Part shown: piece after piece, positions 11,221-22,216 of the stretch | Numbering within the stretch: position 1 is the stretch's first letter | Layout: each line of letters starts with the position of its first letter | From: an uncultured Verrucomicrobiae bacterium | GTDB taxonomy: Bacteria; Verrucomicrobiota; Verrucomicrobiia; Chthoniobacterales; Terrimicrobiaceae | Direction: 5' to 3' | DNA: 64,000 bases | Assembly (NCBI GenBank): GCA_963706955.1 | Contig: CAVPOC010000003.1 | Coordinates: forward strand, 192,001 to 256,000 | The notes under the pieces: generated by a model | Told to the model about the DNA's origin: nothing | The model's input: the letters and a program-made list of their open reading frames with translations, nothing else | The model's database searches: none | Translations under genes and position numbers: made by a program

Positions 11221-12237
11221 GTGAAGGTGCCCAAGCCGAGTGGGAGACTCGAACTCGTAGAAGATTGCTTTGGTCACAGCGAGATCGCTGCTGGCGCGTT
11301 GTTTGCCGTTTCGCTTCGCTCTCTCAAACAGTCTCATGAACACGCCCAACCGAACGAGCGCCGCAGCGATCTCCCGTTAGGCCGGCGAGTTGTGGCGGAT
11401 AGCGCTTCGCTTCAATGGAAAGAGCTTTTCGTGCGGCGTTACCGATTTCCGAATGTGGTGGATCGTTTCCTCGTACCCGCAACCCCCGAGCCGTTAATCT
11501 CCTGCAGCCTCGCAGGCTCGGCCGAGTTCCGGGAGCGGGAGATTGGCGAGGCTTGGCTGAAACGGCAGATTGGCCCCGGCTACATTTTCGTCACCCGCTC
11601 AAAGACGCCCTATGAAGTGTGCCACACTTCGCCTGTGGGAGAGGAACTCGAAATTGTTCAGGTCCACATTGCGGTGGATCGCTTCCTTACGGCTTTGGAA
11701 GCTGCGTTTCCCGGCAAGACGGAAGAAGTGGAAGTGATGGACTACGCTGGGCGCGATGAAGCGCTTGCGCATCTTTGCTTTGCGTGCGCCGAGATGCTCT
11801 CAGCACGGACGCCCGGCAAGAGCAGACGCGTCACAGACCTGGCGCAGCTGTTCGCTTCATATCTCGTCGAAAAATACATCACCGCAGCCGCAGAGAAGCC
11901 CGATTTCCACAGTGGCCTGCCAATTTGGCGACTACGCAAAGTGGAGGACTACGTGCGTGAGCGACTCGCTGAAGAGATTTCAACCGAGACGCTCGCGGAG
12001 CTGGTGGAGCTGAGTCCGTTTCACTTTTCTCGTGTGTTCAAGCAGGCGACGGGAATGTCACCACTGCAATTTGTCACGCGCCAGCGGATCACCCGCGCGC
12101 AGCAACTCATCCGCGAAACCTCGCGCACTCTGATCGAAGTCGCCTTGGAGGTCGGCTATACCAGTCCGAGCCATTTCGCGAAAGTCTTTCGGCGCGTGAC
12201 CGGTGTGACACCGACCGAGTTCCGTAGCACCCTCTAA
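11221..12237 (+). CDS. AraC family transcriptional regulator
   Basis: GLPIWRLRKVEDY..LAELVELSPFHFSRVFKQATGMSP..IEVALEVGYTSPSHFAKVFRRVTGVTP double HTH; start uncertain. Confidence 0.93.
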   Translation: MKVPKPSGRLELVEDCFGHSEIAAGALFAVSLRSLKQSHEHAQPNERRSDLPLGRRVVADSASLQWKELFVRRYRFPNVVDRFLVPATPEPLISCSLAGSAEFREREIGEAWLKRQIGPGYIFVTRSKTPYEVCHTSPVGEELEIVQVHIAVDRFLTALEAAFPGKTEEVEVMDYAGRDEALAHLCFACAEMLSARTPGKSRRVTDLAQLFASYLVEKYITAAAEKPDFHSGLPIWRLRKVEDYVRERLAEEISTETLAELVELSPFHFSRVFKQATGMSPLQFVTRQRITRAQQLIRETSRTLIEVALEVGYTSPSHFAKVFRRVTGVTPTEFRSTL

Positions 12238-12260
12238 GGGGTTGGCGCGGTCATTTTATC

Positions 12261-12321
12261 GCAAGAACGCGCTAGGGCGAGCAGGATCGGGCGAGAAGGA
12301 AACGGCGCGATGTCGGATACT
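12261..12321 (+). promoter_or_regulatory. Tandem AraC-type box 2 (class A) plus -10 GATACT
   Basis: GCAAGAAC-N12-GCAGGATC-N27-GATACT, directly after the AraC stop. Confidence 0.75.
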
Positions 12322-12411
12322 GCTGCCGTGCCTGAAACAGCTTCGGCATCGCACTACGAACATCGAACATAGCAAGGGCCGAATCGCTACCAACGTAAAA
12401 GGAGATAAACT

Positions 12412-13047
12412 ATGAAAGGAACTGTTCTCGACGGTCCGCGCGACTTGCGTTTCGAAGAACGCGACGCGCCGACCATCATCGAGACAACCGATGCTAACAT
12501 CAGGCTCTTGGCCACCTGCATGTGCGGTAACGATCTCTGGCCGGACGCGCCAATGGAATCGAGCAAAACTGGGCAGATCAGAAAGGCCAGCGTCGGTTGG
12601 CTTTGCGCCGGCCGGATCGTAACCACTCTGCTCGTCATCGCCTGGTCCGTCCTTTCGGCGGCCCCGACGTGGGCGGCCGACGACACCGAGCAGGTCGTCC
12701 TCACCGCCCACGAGAGACGTCGGGCAGCTACGCTCGCCGGCGATGTCGCCGCGCTCGACTCGATGATGACCGACGATCTCACCTTCATGCACGCGAATGC
12801 GGCGGTGGAGACGAAGGCCGAGTTCCTCGACGCCCTGAAGACCGGCAGGTACAAATACCAGTCGCTCACCGACGAGGAACATCGGGTGCGCGTCCACGGC
12901 GACACCGGGATCGTCTCGGGGACGTGTCGCATCCTTGTGACCGCGTCCGGGAAGGACATCGACATTCGTGTCGGCTTCACCGAACTCTGGGTGAAGGAGC
13001 GCGGAGCCTGGCGGATGGTCCTCTGGCAGGCGACCCAAGTGCCCTAG
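12412..13047 (+). CDS. NTF2-like/DUF4440 secreted protein fused in frame to a Zn-alcohol dehydrogenase N-terminal remnant
   Basis: First ~44 aa match the ADHs at 17478 and 27207; from M at 12553 a signal peptide plus DVAALDSMMTDDLTFMHA..VRVHGDTGIVSG..WRMVLWQAT. Confidence 0.75.
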   Translation: MKGTVLDGPRDLRFEERDAPTIIETTDANIRLLATCMCGNDLWPDAPMESSKTGQIRKASVGWLCAGRIVTTLLVIAWSVLSAAPTWAADDTEQVVLTAHERRRAATLAGDVAALDSMMTDDLTFMHANAAVETKAEFLDALKTGRYKYQSLTDEEHRVRVHGDTGIVSGTCRILVTASGKDIDIRVGFTELWVKERGAWRMVLWQATQVP

Positions 13048-13102
13048 CCAAACATCAACTTTGCAAACAACCCAAAATTCACTCGAAAAGCACGGCTCGT
13101 CC

Positions 13103-13986
13103 ATGGACCGTCGAAGATCTCTTGTCGCGGGACTAGGGGTAGGCTTTGTGGTAGCCGCAGGTCCCCTTTTGGCAACCGCAAGGTCCATCGCGCAAGCCCT
13201 TTGAATCCTCGGAAGGAACAAACTTCGGCGCCATCTCCTTTGAATACGAACCGGAAAGCTCGTATTTTCATCACCGGCTCCACTGACGGACTTGGACATG
13301 CTGCGGCTAAAACGCTGCTCGCCGATGGATACCAAGTCGTCGTCCATGTTCGCTCCCAAGCTCGCCTCACCGCCGTCCGAGACCTCGTGGATCAGGGAGC
13401 CATTGCGACGATTGGGGATCTTTCAGACTTCGCGCAGACGCTAGATCTCGCCAGCCAAGTGAACAAGATTGGGCAGATGGACGCCGTGATTCATAACGCG
13501 GGTGTTTACTCAGGCTCACAAGTGCTTTCAGTGAACATCATTGCTCCGTATTTACTCACGGCGTTAGTCCGTCGCCCCAAACGGCTGATCTATTTGAGCA
13601 GCAGTATGCACACCGGTGGACGAATAACCCTGAGTGGCATGGACTGGACTGGTCGCACTTCCACTGGTTCTTACTCGGACAGCAAGCTCTTCGTAACGAC
13701 CCTTTCCGCAGCCGTCGCTCGAATTTGGCGTGACGTTCTCAGCAACTCTGTTGATCCGGGTTGGGTGCCTACCAAAATGGGGGGACCTCATGCGCCAGAT
13801 GACCTACAGCAGGGACATCTTACTCAAGAGTGGCTTGCTACTAGCAATGATCCTGAAGCGCTTACTAGTGGAGGATATTGGCATCATCAACGACGCGTTA
13901 AGCCGCATCCCGCCGTCCACGACACAAAGTTCCAAGCTCAGTTGCTCGACGAACTCGCTCGTGCAGCAGGTACTGCGCTGACGTGA
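13103..13986 (+). CDS. Short-chain dehydrogenase/reductase with Tat-like leader (copy 1), frameshift near 13198
   Basis: MDRRRSLVAG leader, TGSTDGLG, HNAG, YSDSK; paralog of 29537-30484. Confidence 0.85.
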
Positions 13987-14224
13987 TTGATCAGCCTGAA
14001 GTCATATTTGACCAGTGGCAGCAAATCTCGGGAATGCGCAGCCTGAGCGCTTGGGTTCGGGTGGAGTTTTATAAAAGTGGCCGCCTCCCGATTATCTCGG
14101 CTCAGGCGGACACTTTCGTCGGGCGAATTTTGCAACGGGTAGTCATATACGGCCAGGCGAAGCCCGCGCGCTCTTTTGTCATGGCTATACGTCTTTGCTC
14201 TCTTTCTTCCTAATGGGAGCGCTG

Positions 14225-14400
14225 TTAAAGGCGAAAACTTTCATCGATACTGTCGTGTATCGCAGCGCGATCAGCGGTGAGAGTTGGGCTTATGTCGGCT
14301 TGGTCGCGCTGGGCTTTAGCCTGACTGGAGTTGTTATCGTAACAATGCCTGTTTCAACGCTTGGTTGGCTCGGTCTTGGCTGGGACGACGACAACCCGGG
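14225..14400 (+). pseudogene. C-terminal remnant of an Npt1/Npt2-like (ATP/ADP translocase-like) MFS transporter, copy 1
   Basis: KAKTFIDTVVYR..WAYVGLVALGFSLTGV; DNA homology with 25660-25880. Confidence 0.55.
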
Positions 14401-14742
14401 TGTGACGAAAACACATTCCTCGGTAACCTTCCAAGAGATTCAACCGTCTTTCTCCCGCATACAAGGAACAGAACATAACCATTGCTGGAACCCCGCACAT
14501 AGTTGCCGGACTCCCTTCAGCGCATCCCCGCGCGAGCAGCGGACTGGGAGAAGCCACCGTGCAGCATCTCTGCGCAGGTGGCGCAAACTTGTGTTCAGCG
14601 TCAATCGCCTTCACTCATTAGCTGCGAAATAGAGCGCTAGCGGCGGCAACGCGCTCGGCCCGGATGTTAGGTCTAGCTCAACTCTCTTGTTTTTTTTGCC
14701 ATGCAAAGCTGACCTAGGCGTCCATTGAAGTAAGATATCAAC

Positions 14743-15309
14743 GTGAAGCGCAGGCCAACATTCCGAAAGAAAGATTATCCGGTATCAAAGATTCGCCGCT
14801 ATTTGGAAGCGGGTCCCGTGGTGCTGGTGAGCTCGGCATGGAAGGGAAACATGAATATCATGACGATGGGCTGGCACATGGTCTTGGACTTCTCTCCATC
14901 GCTCGTAGCCTGCTGCATCTCGAGTGCCAACTGCAGCTTCGAGATGATCCGCCGCAGCCGGGAATGTGTGATCAATGTACCAACTAGCGCTCTGGTGGAT
15001 GAGGTGATCGGGATAGGCGATTGCTCGGGCGCGCGGGTGAATAAGTTCAAAGCATTCAGCCTAACGCCCGCTCCTGCCGCAAAGGTCCGTGCGCCGTTAA
15101 TCAATGAGTGCTATGCCAATTTTGAATGCCGTCTGGCCGACAGCAGCCTCATTTCAAAATACGGCCTGTTCATCTGGGAGATAGTCAAAGCCCATGTCGC
15201 CATCTCTCCGAAATATCCAAGAACCGTGCACTACCGCGGCGAGGGCGTCTTCATGATCTCCGGCCCGTCGATTAACCTCCGTAAGAAATTCAAAGCGGAG
15301 GATCTTTGA
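14743..15309 (+). CDS. Flavin reductase family protein
   Basis: LEAGPVVLVSS..NIMTMGWH..ECVINVP..IGDCSG..APLINECYANFEC. Confidence 0.88.
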   Translation: MKRRPTFRKKDYPVSKIRRYLEAGPVVLVSSAWKGNMNIMTMGWHMVLDFSPSLVACCISSANCSFEMIRRSRECVINVPTSALVDEVIGIGDCSGARVNKFKAFSLTPAPAAKVRAPLINECYANFECRLADSSLISKYGLFIWEIVKAHVAISPKYPRTVHYRGEGVFMISGPSINLRKKFKAEDL

Positions 15310-15382
15310 AAACGATTTGCTCAAGCACTAGAAAGAACGGCCCGCACGAGGCTCGACGCCTGTTAGGAGAGCACACCTTTGC

Positions 15383-15440
15383 GCAAGAATATGACAGGCA
15401 CCGCAAAATTTAGAGCAGCGCTTGGTTGATGGTCGATGGT
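15383..15440 (+). promoter_or_regulatory. Tandem AraC-type box 3 (class B) plus -10 GATGGT
   Basis: GCAAGAAT-N12-GCAAAATT-N24-GATGGT. Confidence 0.6.
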
Positions 15441-15673
15441 CTAACCGAGCTCAATGGTTCAAGTGGCAAAAGAACGACTAGCTAATCAGTTGCTATTGCC
15501 ACATACCTTTAGCTTAAAGACCAGAGTTCAAAGTGAAGAAACGAAAACTTGGAGACGATGACCTGGACGTTCCGACATCCGGTGTGTGCCGCCGAAGATG
15601 GTCGTGCCGTCGCTTCGCAACGTCGTGAGCGAGCGACGTCCATGGGCGAAAGGATCACGCATATGCTCCCGGC

Positions 15674-16666
15674 ATGAGCGCTGAGATGACGTACGGGCAC
15701 TTGGGTCGCTCGGGTCTGCTGGTCAGCCGGATTGGCCTCGGGACCATGAACTTCGGTTTCACGATAGACGAATCGACCAGTTTTGCGGTCATGGACACCG
15801 CCACTGACGCGGGCATCAACTTCTTCGACACCGCCGACGTCTATGGCGGCTTGCAGTCGCCGGATATGGAAAAGGGATACGGCATCTCGGAAGAGACCAT
15901 CGGCCGGTGGCTGCGGCGCAGCGCGCACCGCGACGACATCGTCCTGGCCACGAAGGTATACCAGCCGATGGGACTTGGCCCGAACGACCGTCGCCTGTCG
16001 GCCTATCACATCAGGCGCGCGTGTGAAGCGAGCCTGCGGCGGCTGCAGACGGATCACATTGATCTGTATCAGATGCACCACGTGGACCGGGCCACACCGT
16101 GGGAGGAGATCTGGCAGGCGATGGAGCAGCTGGTTCGCGAGGGCAAGATCAGTTACGTCGGCAGCAGCAACTTCGCCGGCTGGGACGTGGCCCTCGCCCA
16201 GTCCGCCGCCTCGGCGCGCCACTTCACGGGCCTGACCTCCGAGCAGAGTCTCTATAACCTTGCCGTGCGAGCCGTGGAGCTGGAGCTAATCCCCGCGTTG
16301 CGCACCCTCGGCATCGGGCTGATCCCGTACAGCCCGCTCCACGCGGGCCTGCTTGCCGGCGTGCTCGCAGTCAGCGAAGGGCGCAACTCGAACGATTTGA
16401 TGCAGCATCGCATCGAAGCACACCGTGACCAGCTTGAAGCGTATGAAGGTCTGTGCCGGGAGTTGGGTGTGAAGCCGGCGGACGTGGCGCTGGCCTGGCT
16501 GCTGCGAAACCCTGTCGTCTCCACCACGATTGTCGGAGCGATGACGAGCGAGGAGCTGCGCTCGGACCTCGGCGCGCTGTCGGTGCAGTTGGACCACGAG
16601 GTCATGGAACAACTCGACCGGATCTGGCCGGGGCCGGGGGAAGCCCCGCAGGCGTACGCGTGGTGA
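15674..16666 (+). CDS. Aldo/keto reductase
   Basis: LGRSGLLVSRIGLGTM, FFDTADVYG, LATK, DHIDLYQMH, PYSPLHAG. Confidence 0.93.
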   Translation: MSAEMTYGHLGRSGLLVSRIGLGTMNFGFTIDESTSFAVMDTATDAGINFFDTADVYGGLQSPDMEKGYGISEETIGRWLRRSAHRDDIVLATKVYQPMGLGPNDRRLSAYHIRRACEASLRRLQTDHIDLYQMHHVDRATPWEEIWQAMEQLVREGKISYVGSSNFAGWDVALAQSAASARHFTGLTSEQSLYNLAVRAVELELIPALRTLGIGLIPYSPLHAGLLAGVLAVSEGRNSNDLMQHRIEAHRDQLEAYEGLCRELGVKPADVALAWLLRNPVVSTTIVGAMTSEELRSDLGALSVQLDHEVMEQLDRIWPGPGEAPQAYAW

Positions 16667-17005
16667 GGTCGTCTTGGCGGCCGTCGTCTACCGCGCAAGT
16701 CTCCGCTCCACCCCCGCCGTCACGCTGCTGTGGAAGAGGTGGAAGCTGCCGCTCGCGACCGGGACCAGTTCGAGGTGTCACCAAAGCTGCGCCCAAACAA
16801 GCCATAGCCCTCGAGCCGCACCGACTTCTTGCTGGCGAGATAATGACGGACGACCGGTTCCGAGTCGCCGCTATGCATCTCCCAGGCCAAATCGATTAGC
16901 TTAGCTTCATCGACTATTCGCAAGCGGACGTCCCGCCTTGCGACGACAAAACGTCTGCTCATCCACAGCCTCTGAAGAGGCCTGCCGTGGCGCGATTTTT
17001 TTCCC

Positions 17006-17066
17006 GCAAGAATGCGCTAGGCTGAGCAGGATTGGGCGAGAAGGAAAGCCGACAATGTCGAATATT
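17006..17066 (+). promoter_or_regulatory. Tandem AraC-type box 4 (class A) plus -10 AATATT
   Basis: GCAAGAAT-N12-GCAGGATT-N27-AATATT. Confidence 0.75.
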
Positions 17067-17115
17067 GCTGCCGTGCCTGGAACTGCCTCAGGCGCAGCAA
17101 AAGGACATCGAAAAC

Positions 17116-17440
17116 ATGCAAAAGCGTAAACTTTGGAAAGAACAATTTGGAAGTCCGGCCCGTCGGGAATGGCCGCAAGGAGCGAACTCTGGGCAAGCCC
17201 AGTGATGCCGAATCGCGGCAGATTCGCTGCGGGGCTTGCCGTGGCATCTCGCCCCTTGTTGATAGCCTCCTGCCTATCGCATTGGGTATGACACGCAAGG
17301 AGCAGAACCAGGAGACGGCGCTGATTCCGAACGTCGGAGTGGTTTTCACAGTTGGCGGGCCGCTGGTTTACGAAGAGGGTGGACAATCCGTCTCCATGAG
17401 CGAGGGAGCTTTGGCCACGCTCGTTGTCGATAGGGATTAG
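17116..17440 (+). other. Chimeric small ORF: AKR N-terminus (MQKRKLGKNNLEV, one extra T) joined to a VFTVGGPLVY-containing tail
   Basis: atgcaaaagcgtaaact[t]tggaaagaacaatttggaagtc; motif at 17339-17371. Confidence 0.45.
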
Positions 17441-17477
17441 GCGGCAGAATAAGCGCCAAAACTGAAGGAGATTAGCT

Positions 17478-18513
17478 TTGAAAGGAACTGTTCTTTACGG
17501 TCCGCGCGACGTGCGTTTCGAGGAGCGCGACGCGCCGACAATCATCGACCCAACCGATGCTATCGTCAGGATCTCGGCCACCTGCGTCTGCGGGTCCGAC
17601 CTGTGGCCCTATCGTGGCGTCAGTCGGTTCCCGGAGCCGAGCCCGATGGGGCACGAATACTGCGGCATCGTCGAGGAGGTCGGCAGTGCGGTCACCTCGG
17701 TCAAGCCCGGACAGTTCGTCATCGGATCCTTCGCGACTTCCGACAACACCTGTCCGCACTGCCGGGCCGGCTACCAGTCATCCTGCATCCACCGCGAGTT
17801 CATTACCCGGGCGCAGGCGCCAGTGCTGCGCGTGCCACTGGCTGACGGGACGCTCGTGCCGACCCCCGGTATGCCGTCGGAGGACCTGATCCCGAGCCTG
17901 CTGACGATCTCCGATGTGTTTGGCACCGGCTGGTTCGCCGCCGATGCGGCCAACGTGAAGCCCGGCATGACGGTCGCAGTCGTCGGTGACGGCGCGGTCG
18001 GTCTGCTTGCTGTGCTATCCGCCAAGCAGATGGGTGCCAAGCGGATCATCGCGATGAGCCGCCACGAGGCGCGCCAGAAGCTGGCCCGCGAGTTCGGCGC
18101 GACTGACATCGTGACCGAGCGCGGCGAGGACGGCGCTGCGCGCATCAAGGAGCTGACCGACGGAATCGGCGCTGACGCGGTGCTCGAGTGCGTCGGCACG
18201 CAAGAGTCGATGATGCAGGCGATCCATGCTACCCGCCCGGGCGGGACCGTGGGCTACGTCGGCGTCCCGTACGAAGTAAAGCTCGACTTCATTTCCTCTG
18301 GCGGAGGCGGGGGATTGTTCTTCAGCCATGTCCGTCTCCATGGCGGGCCCGGCGCCAGTGCGCCGTTTCCTGCCCGAGCTGATCGACCTGGTGTGGAAAA
18401 GGAAGATCAACCCCGGCAAAGTCTTCGACCTGACCTTGCCTCTCGAGGAGGTGGCCGAGGGCTACCGGGCAATGGACGAGCGCCGCGCCATCAAGGCGCT
18501 GCTGCGTCCGTAA
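17478..18513 (+). CDS. Zn-dependent alcohol dehydrogenase (copy 1), frameshift near 18350
   Basis: CVCGSDLW, GHEYCG, VGDGAVG; C-terminus in ORF 18328-18513; near-identical to 27207-28223. Confidence 0.9.
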
Positions 18514-18527
18514 TTCAAGGAGGTGCT

Positions 18528-19834
18528 ATGTGCGAGCAATCCGAGTTGATGCAAATGAGCTATCGAGATCCAAACTCCAAAGATGAGAGCAGCCCGTCCG
18601 GGCTGAATAGGGAGCCGGGAAGCAACGACAAAGATGCGACTGAACGATTAGACCGGTAGGTCACTCACGACGTGACTTCATTGTTTCCGCAGCGACTGTT
18701 GTAGCGAGTGTCGGTGCTGCAAACCTCCTGGGCTTACAACCTGCAGAGGGAGCGAACGCCAAGAATTCAGATGCGATTGGAAATGGCCCGTATCCCACTG
18801 AAGGTATGGCGGCCTATTCTCCGACTGGTCCCCACAAGCTCATGAATTTCCAGCGTCGCGCTCTTGGTCCTAAAGACGTAGCTATCAGGATCCATTATTG
18901 CGGAGTCTGTCACTCTGACATCCACACGATTCGTGGAGATTGGGGAAAGATTCAATACCCGCAAATTGTGGGTCACGAGTTAGCTGGCGAAGTTGTCGCT
19001 GTCGGATCAAGTGTTAGCAAGTTCACCGTCGGTGCCCGCGTTGGTGTCGGGACGATGGTGAATTCCTGCCGAATCTGCACCGAGTGCCAGACAGGCCATG
19101 AGAATTATTGTCTGAACGGAAACACCCAAACTTACGGTTCGAAAGATAAAGACGGCACGATTACCCAGGGCGGATATTCAACCTTCGTCGTTGTAGACGA
19201 AGATTTTGTAATCAATATTCCTGACGCCATTGATCTCGCCGAAGCAGGCCCGCTGTTGTGCGCAGCCATTACCGTTTACTCACCGCTCCGCAGATGGGGC
19301 GTGTCTCCTGGTAAAAAGGTTGCACTTGTTGGCATGGGTGGTCTCGGGCACTTAGCGGTCAAACTAGCTACCGCACTAGGTGCAGATGTTACTGTCTTCA
19401 CAACTTCCCCGGACAAAATTGAAGATGCCAAACGCTTTGGCGCAAGAGAAGTTGTCATCAACGAAGACGGAGCTGACTTCTCTAAGCTTAGGCATGCCTT
19501 CGATTTTGCTCTGGATACGATTCCTTATAAGCATGATCTCAATCCGTTCATCCCACTTTTAAAGCGTGATGCCACATACTGCAGAGTCGGTGTCGGTAAG
19601 ACTGTCGACTCAAATGAAATCGGACAGATGAATCTCGTCCTGTATAGAAACGCCCTCGCCGGATCGAACACCGGAGGCATTCAGGAAACGCAGGATATGG
19701 TTGATTTCTGCGCCCTCAGTAAGATTAAGCCTGAGATTACGAAAGTCTCGATGAACGGAATCGATGACGCCTGGAAAAAGGTTTTCGACAAGCAAGCCCG
19801 GTATCGATTCGTCATCGATCTGGGAGGTCGATAA
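18528..19834 (+). CDS. NADP-dependent cinnamyl-alcohol-dehydrogenase-like Zn ADH (YahK/AdhC type) with Tat leader; frameshift near 18650
   Basis: AGGAGGT RBS then MCEQ at 18528; in-frame HSRRDFIVSAATVVASVGAANLLG upstream of 18806; CGVCHSD, GHE, PLLCAAITVYSPL, GMGGLG. Confidence 0.88.
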
Positions 19835-19849
19835 TCGAATACACTTTCT

Positions 19850-20095
19850 CAGGACGAAGCCGGCTCGCAAATCATCTCGAATACCCGTGAGTTCTTTGAT
19901 ACCACCGCAGGCGAACGCGGCCCGGCACCCGAGATCTAATACTTCCTACTCCTTCACAAGCCTCGCGCCGATAATGAACTACTTCTCGTTCCCGCAGATC
20001 GAAACAATCTCGCCGCGCCGATCTTGATGATCGTGAATGAGCGTGCCGTGTCGGCATACTTCAGCGAGGAGGCCTACAGCAAGGCGGCCGAGATG
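19850..20095 (+). pseudogene. Alpha/beta hydrolase (YcjY-like) C-terminal remnant
   Basis: Fragments REFFDT..SFTSLAPIMNYFSFPQIETISPR/PILMIVNE..AYFSEEAYSKAAE resemble the C-terminus of 24047-25162. Confidence 0.6.
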
Positions 20096-20333
20096 TTGGG
20101 AGGCGCAATGTTTGCTGGTGAAGCGGGCAATCATTCGCGCGCTGATGCGTGCCAGCAAACTGGTATGACTGCCGGGCGATCGTCCACAGGAGGTATCTAA
20201 TGCCGCTAAACATCGGTAAAGAGATGAGCCGCGTCGATGGCGTGGCCGAAGGTGACCGGCAGATCCGGAGACAGGCCAACTCGCCCATGTTGACCTGGCA
20301 CTGCGGCACAAGAATTGGGTCGCCATTTTTTTC

Positions 20334-20392
20334 GCAAGAACGCGCTAGGCTGAGCAGGATCGGGCGAGGAGATGTACGCAATGTCGTATATT
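20334..20392 (+). promoter_or_regulatory. Tandem AraC-type box 5 (class A) plus -10 TATATT
   Basis: GCAAGAAC-N12-GCAGGATC-N25-TATATT, just upstream of the SDR. Confidence 0.75.
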
Positions 20393-20442
20393 AACTGCAT
20401 GTCTGAAACTAATTCTGCATTGCACAACGACATAAGAAAATC

Positions 20443-21210
20443 GTGAACCCGACCTACGACTTCACTGGCCAGGTAGCACTCGTGACCGGTGGGAGCTCCG
20501 GCATGGGCTTTGCGACCGCGCGCGCGTTTGCCGAGGCAGGGGCCACGGTGGTAATCGCAGACATCGACGAGTCCACGCTTGGTACGGCCACAGAGGAGTT
20601 GACAGCCGCCGGCCACCAGGTGCTTGGTGTTCGTTGTGACGTGTCCGACGAGGACAGCGTGGCGGCCATGATCGCCGTGACCGTCAATACGTTCGGCCGG
20701 CTCGATATGGCGTTCAACAATGCCGGGATTATGGTTCCACCCAGCGGTGCCACCGGCGAGCCGGCGGAGGTCTTCGACCGAGTCACGGCGATCAACCTGC
20801 GCGGGGTGTGGGCGTGCATGAAACATGAGTTGGGCCAGATGCGCGCCCAGGGCAGCGGCGCCATCGTCAACTGCTCGTCCATCGCTGGGCTGCGCGGCGG
20901 CCCCGGCCGGCCTTCTTACACCGCGTCGAAACACGGCGTAATTGGGCTGACCACCAGCGCCGCCACCGAGTACGCGCCACTCGGAATCCGCATCAACGCT
21001 GTCTGTCCCGGCACCATCGAGACCCCGATGGTCGCCGGCATGGTGGCCAAGGGTGAGCTCGACCGGGCCCAAGCGGCTGCCGGGGCTCCGATCGGCCGCC
21101 TCGGCCATGGCGAGGAGATCGCCGCATCGGTCCTGTGGCTGTGCAGCCCCGGCGCCAGCTTCGTCGTCGGTGTCGCCCTCCCCGTCGACGGCGGCTTAGC
21201 CGCCCAATGA
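20443..21210 (+). CDS. Short-chain dehydrogenase/reductase (FabG/glucose 1-dehydrogenase-like)
   Basis: TGGSSGMG, FNNAG, YTASKHG, VCPG, VDGG. Confidence 0.93.
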   Translation: MNPTYDFTGQVALVTGGSSGMGFATARAFAEAGATVVIADIDESTLGTATEELTAAGHQVLGVRCDVSDEDSVAAMIAVTVNTFGRLDMAFNNAGIMVPPSGATGEPAEVFDRVTAINLRGVWACMKHELGQMRAQGSGAIVNCSSIAGLRGGPGRPSYTASKHGVIGLTTSAATEYAPLGIRINAVCPGTIETPMVAGMVAKGELDRAQAAAGAPIGRLGHGEEIAASVLWLCSPGASFVVGVALPVDGGLAAQ

Positions 21211-21463
21211 CCGAAATTTCAAGGTGTGAACATCGAGAGGACAACGCGTGGACGCTCATCATCGTCGCCTCCGGTGGTGCGATCGGGCCCCTTGAAAAGA
21301 CTGGTGAATACCTCGAGGTCGAAGTTCCGTAGTTTGCGGTGGAATTCGACCGCTTAGGGCAAAATCCCGAGGGGTAGGGCGAACGCCGGCGCCGATCTGG
21401 CATTCTGGATGAAGATTATCCCCGTTCGAAACTCTTACAAGCAAGCAGAAGGGAACATGCCTG

Positions 21464-22216
21464 ATGTGTGATCAACTCTACAAACCAAATCAAAATTCGC
21501 TCGAAAAGCCCGGCTCGTCCATGGACGGTCGAAGATTTCTTGTAGCAGGAATAGGAGTAGGCTTTGGGGTAGTCGCGGGGTCCCTTGTGGCAACCGCAAC
21601 GTCCATCGCGCAGGCCCCGTTTAATCCTCGAAAGGAACAAACTTCGGCGCCTGCGCATCATTCAGCAAAACGTCGGTCTCGCCTTTGCGGAGTCGTCGCA
21701 GTGAGTGCACCAGCAGGCGGCCTGTCTCAGGTTGTCATTCGCCCGGCCGAGCCTGAGGACCTGCCAGTCCTCGGACGGCTCGGCGCGCTCCTTGTCCAGT
21801 TGCACCACGAGTTCGACCCGGCGCGCTTCGTGGCCGCCCCGCCGCGAACGGAGCACCTATACGCCGCCTTTCTCGCGGACCAGCTCGGGAAGCCCAACGG
21901 CGTCGTCCTCGTCGCCGAAATGGGCGGCGAAGTGCTCGGCTACACTTACGCCACCGTCGAGGATAGCGACTACATGGCGCTGCGCGGCCCGGCGGGATTA
22001 TTCCACGACCTCGTTGTTGATCCGGCACATCGAGGGAACGGTATCGGACAGGTGCTGCTCGACGCCACGCTGGCTGCGCTCAAAGCTCGCGGTGCGCCAC
22101 GGGTCGTGCTCTCGACCGCGGAGCGGAACGCCGGCGCCCAGCGCCTCTTCGCACGCGCGGGGTTTCGGCGCACGATGATCGAAATGACGCATGAGTGGAA
22201 CGATGTCGCCTCCTGA
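21464..22216 (+). CDS. GNAT N-acetyltransferase carrying an SDR-derived Tat-like leader
   Basis: IRPAEPEDL..LVVDPAHRGNGIG..NAGAQRLFARAGF; N-terminal ~62 aa homologous to the leader of 29537; alternative GTG start near 21701. Confidence 0.85.
   Translation: MCDQLYKPNQNSLEKPGSSMDGRRFLVAGIGVGFGVVAGSLVATATSIAQAPFNPRKEQTSAPAHHSAKRRSRLCGVVAVSAPAGGLSQVVIRPAEPEDLPVLGRLGALLVQLHHEFDPARFVAAPPRTEHLYAAFLADQLGKPNGVVLVAEMGGEVLGYTYATVEDSDYMALRGPAGLFHDLVVDPAHRGNGIGQVLLDATLAALKARGAPRVVLSTAERNAGAQRLFARAGFRRTMIEMTHEWNDVAS

Noticed and set aside
13983..14213. ORFs MIDQPEVIFDQWQQ / MIDKPQVIFDHWQQ (30481) as a conserved small gene
   Set aside because: Similarity is equally explained by the duplicated SDR flank; the ORFs diverge after ~32 codons and either strand looks equally plausible
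17478..18659. 393-aa ORF as an ADH with a novel C-terminal extension
   Set aside because: Artefact of the frameshift near 18350 running into the leader of the next gene
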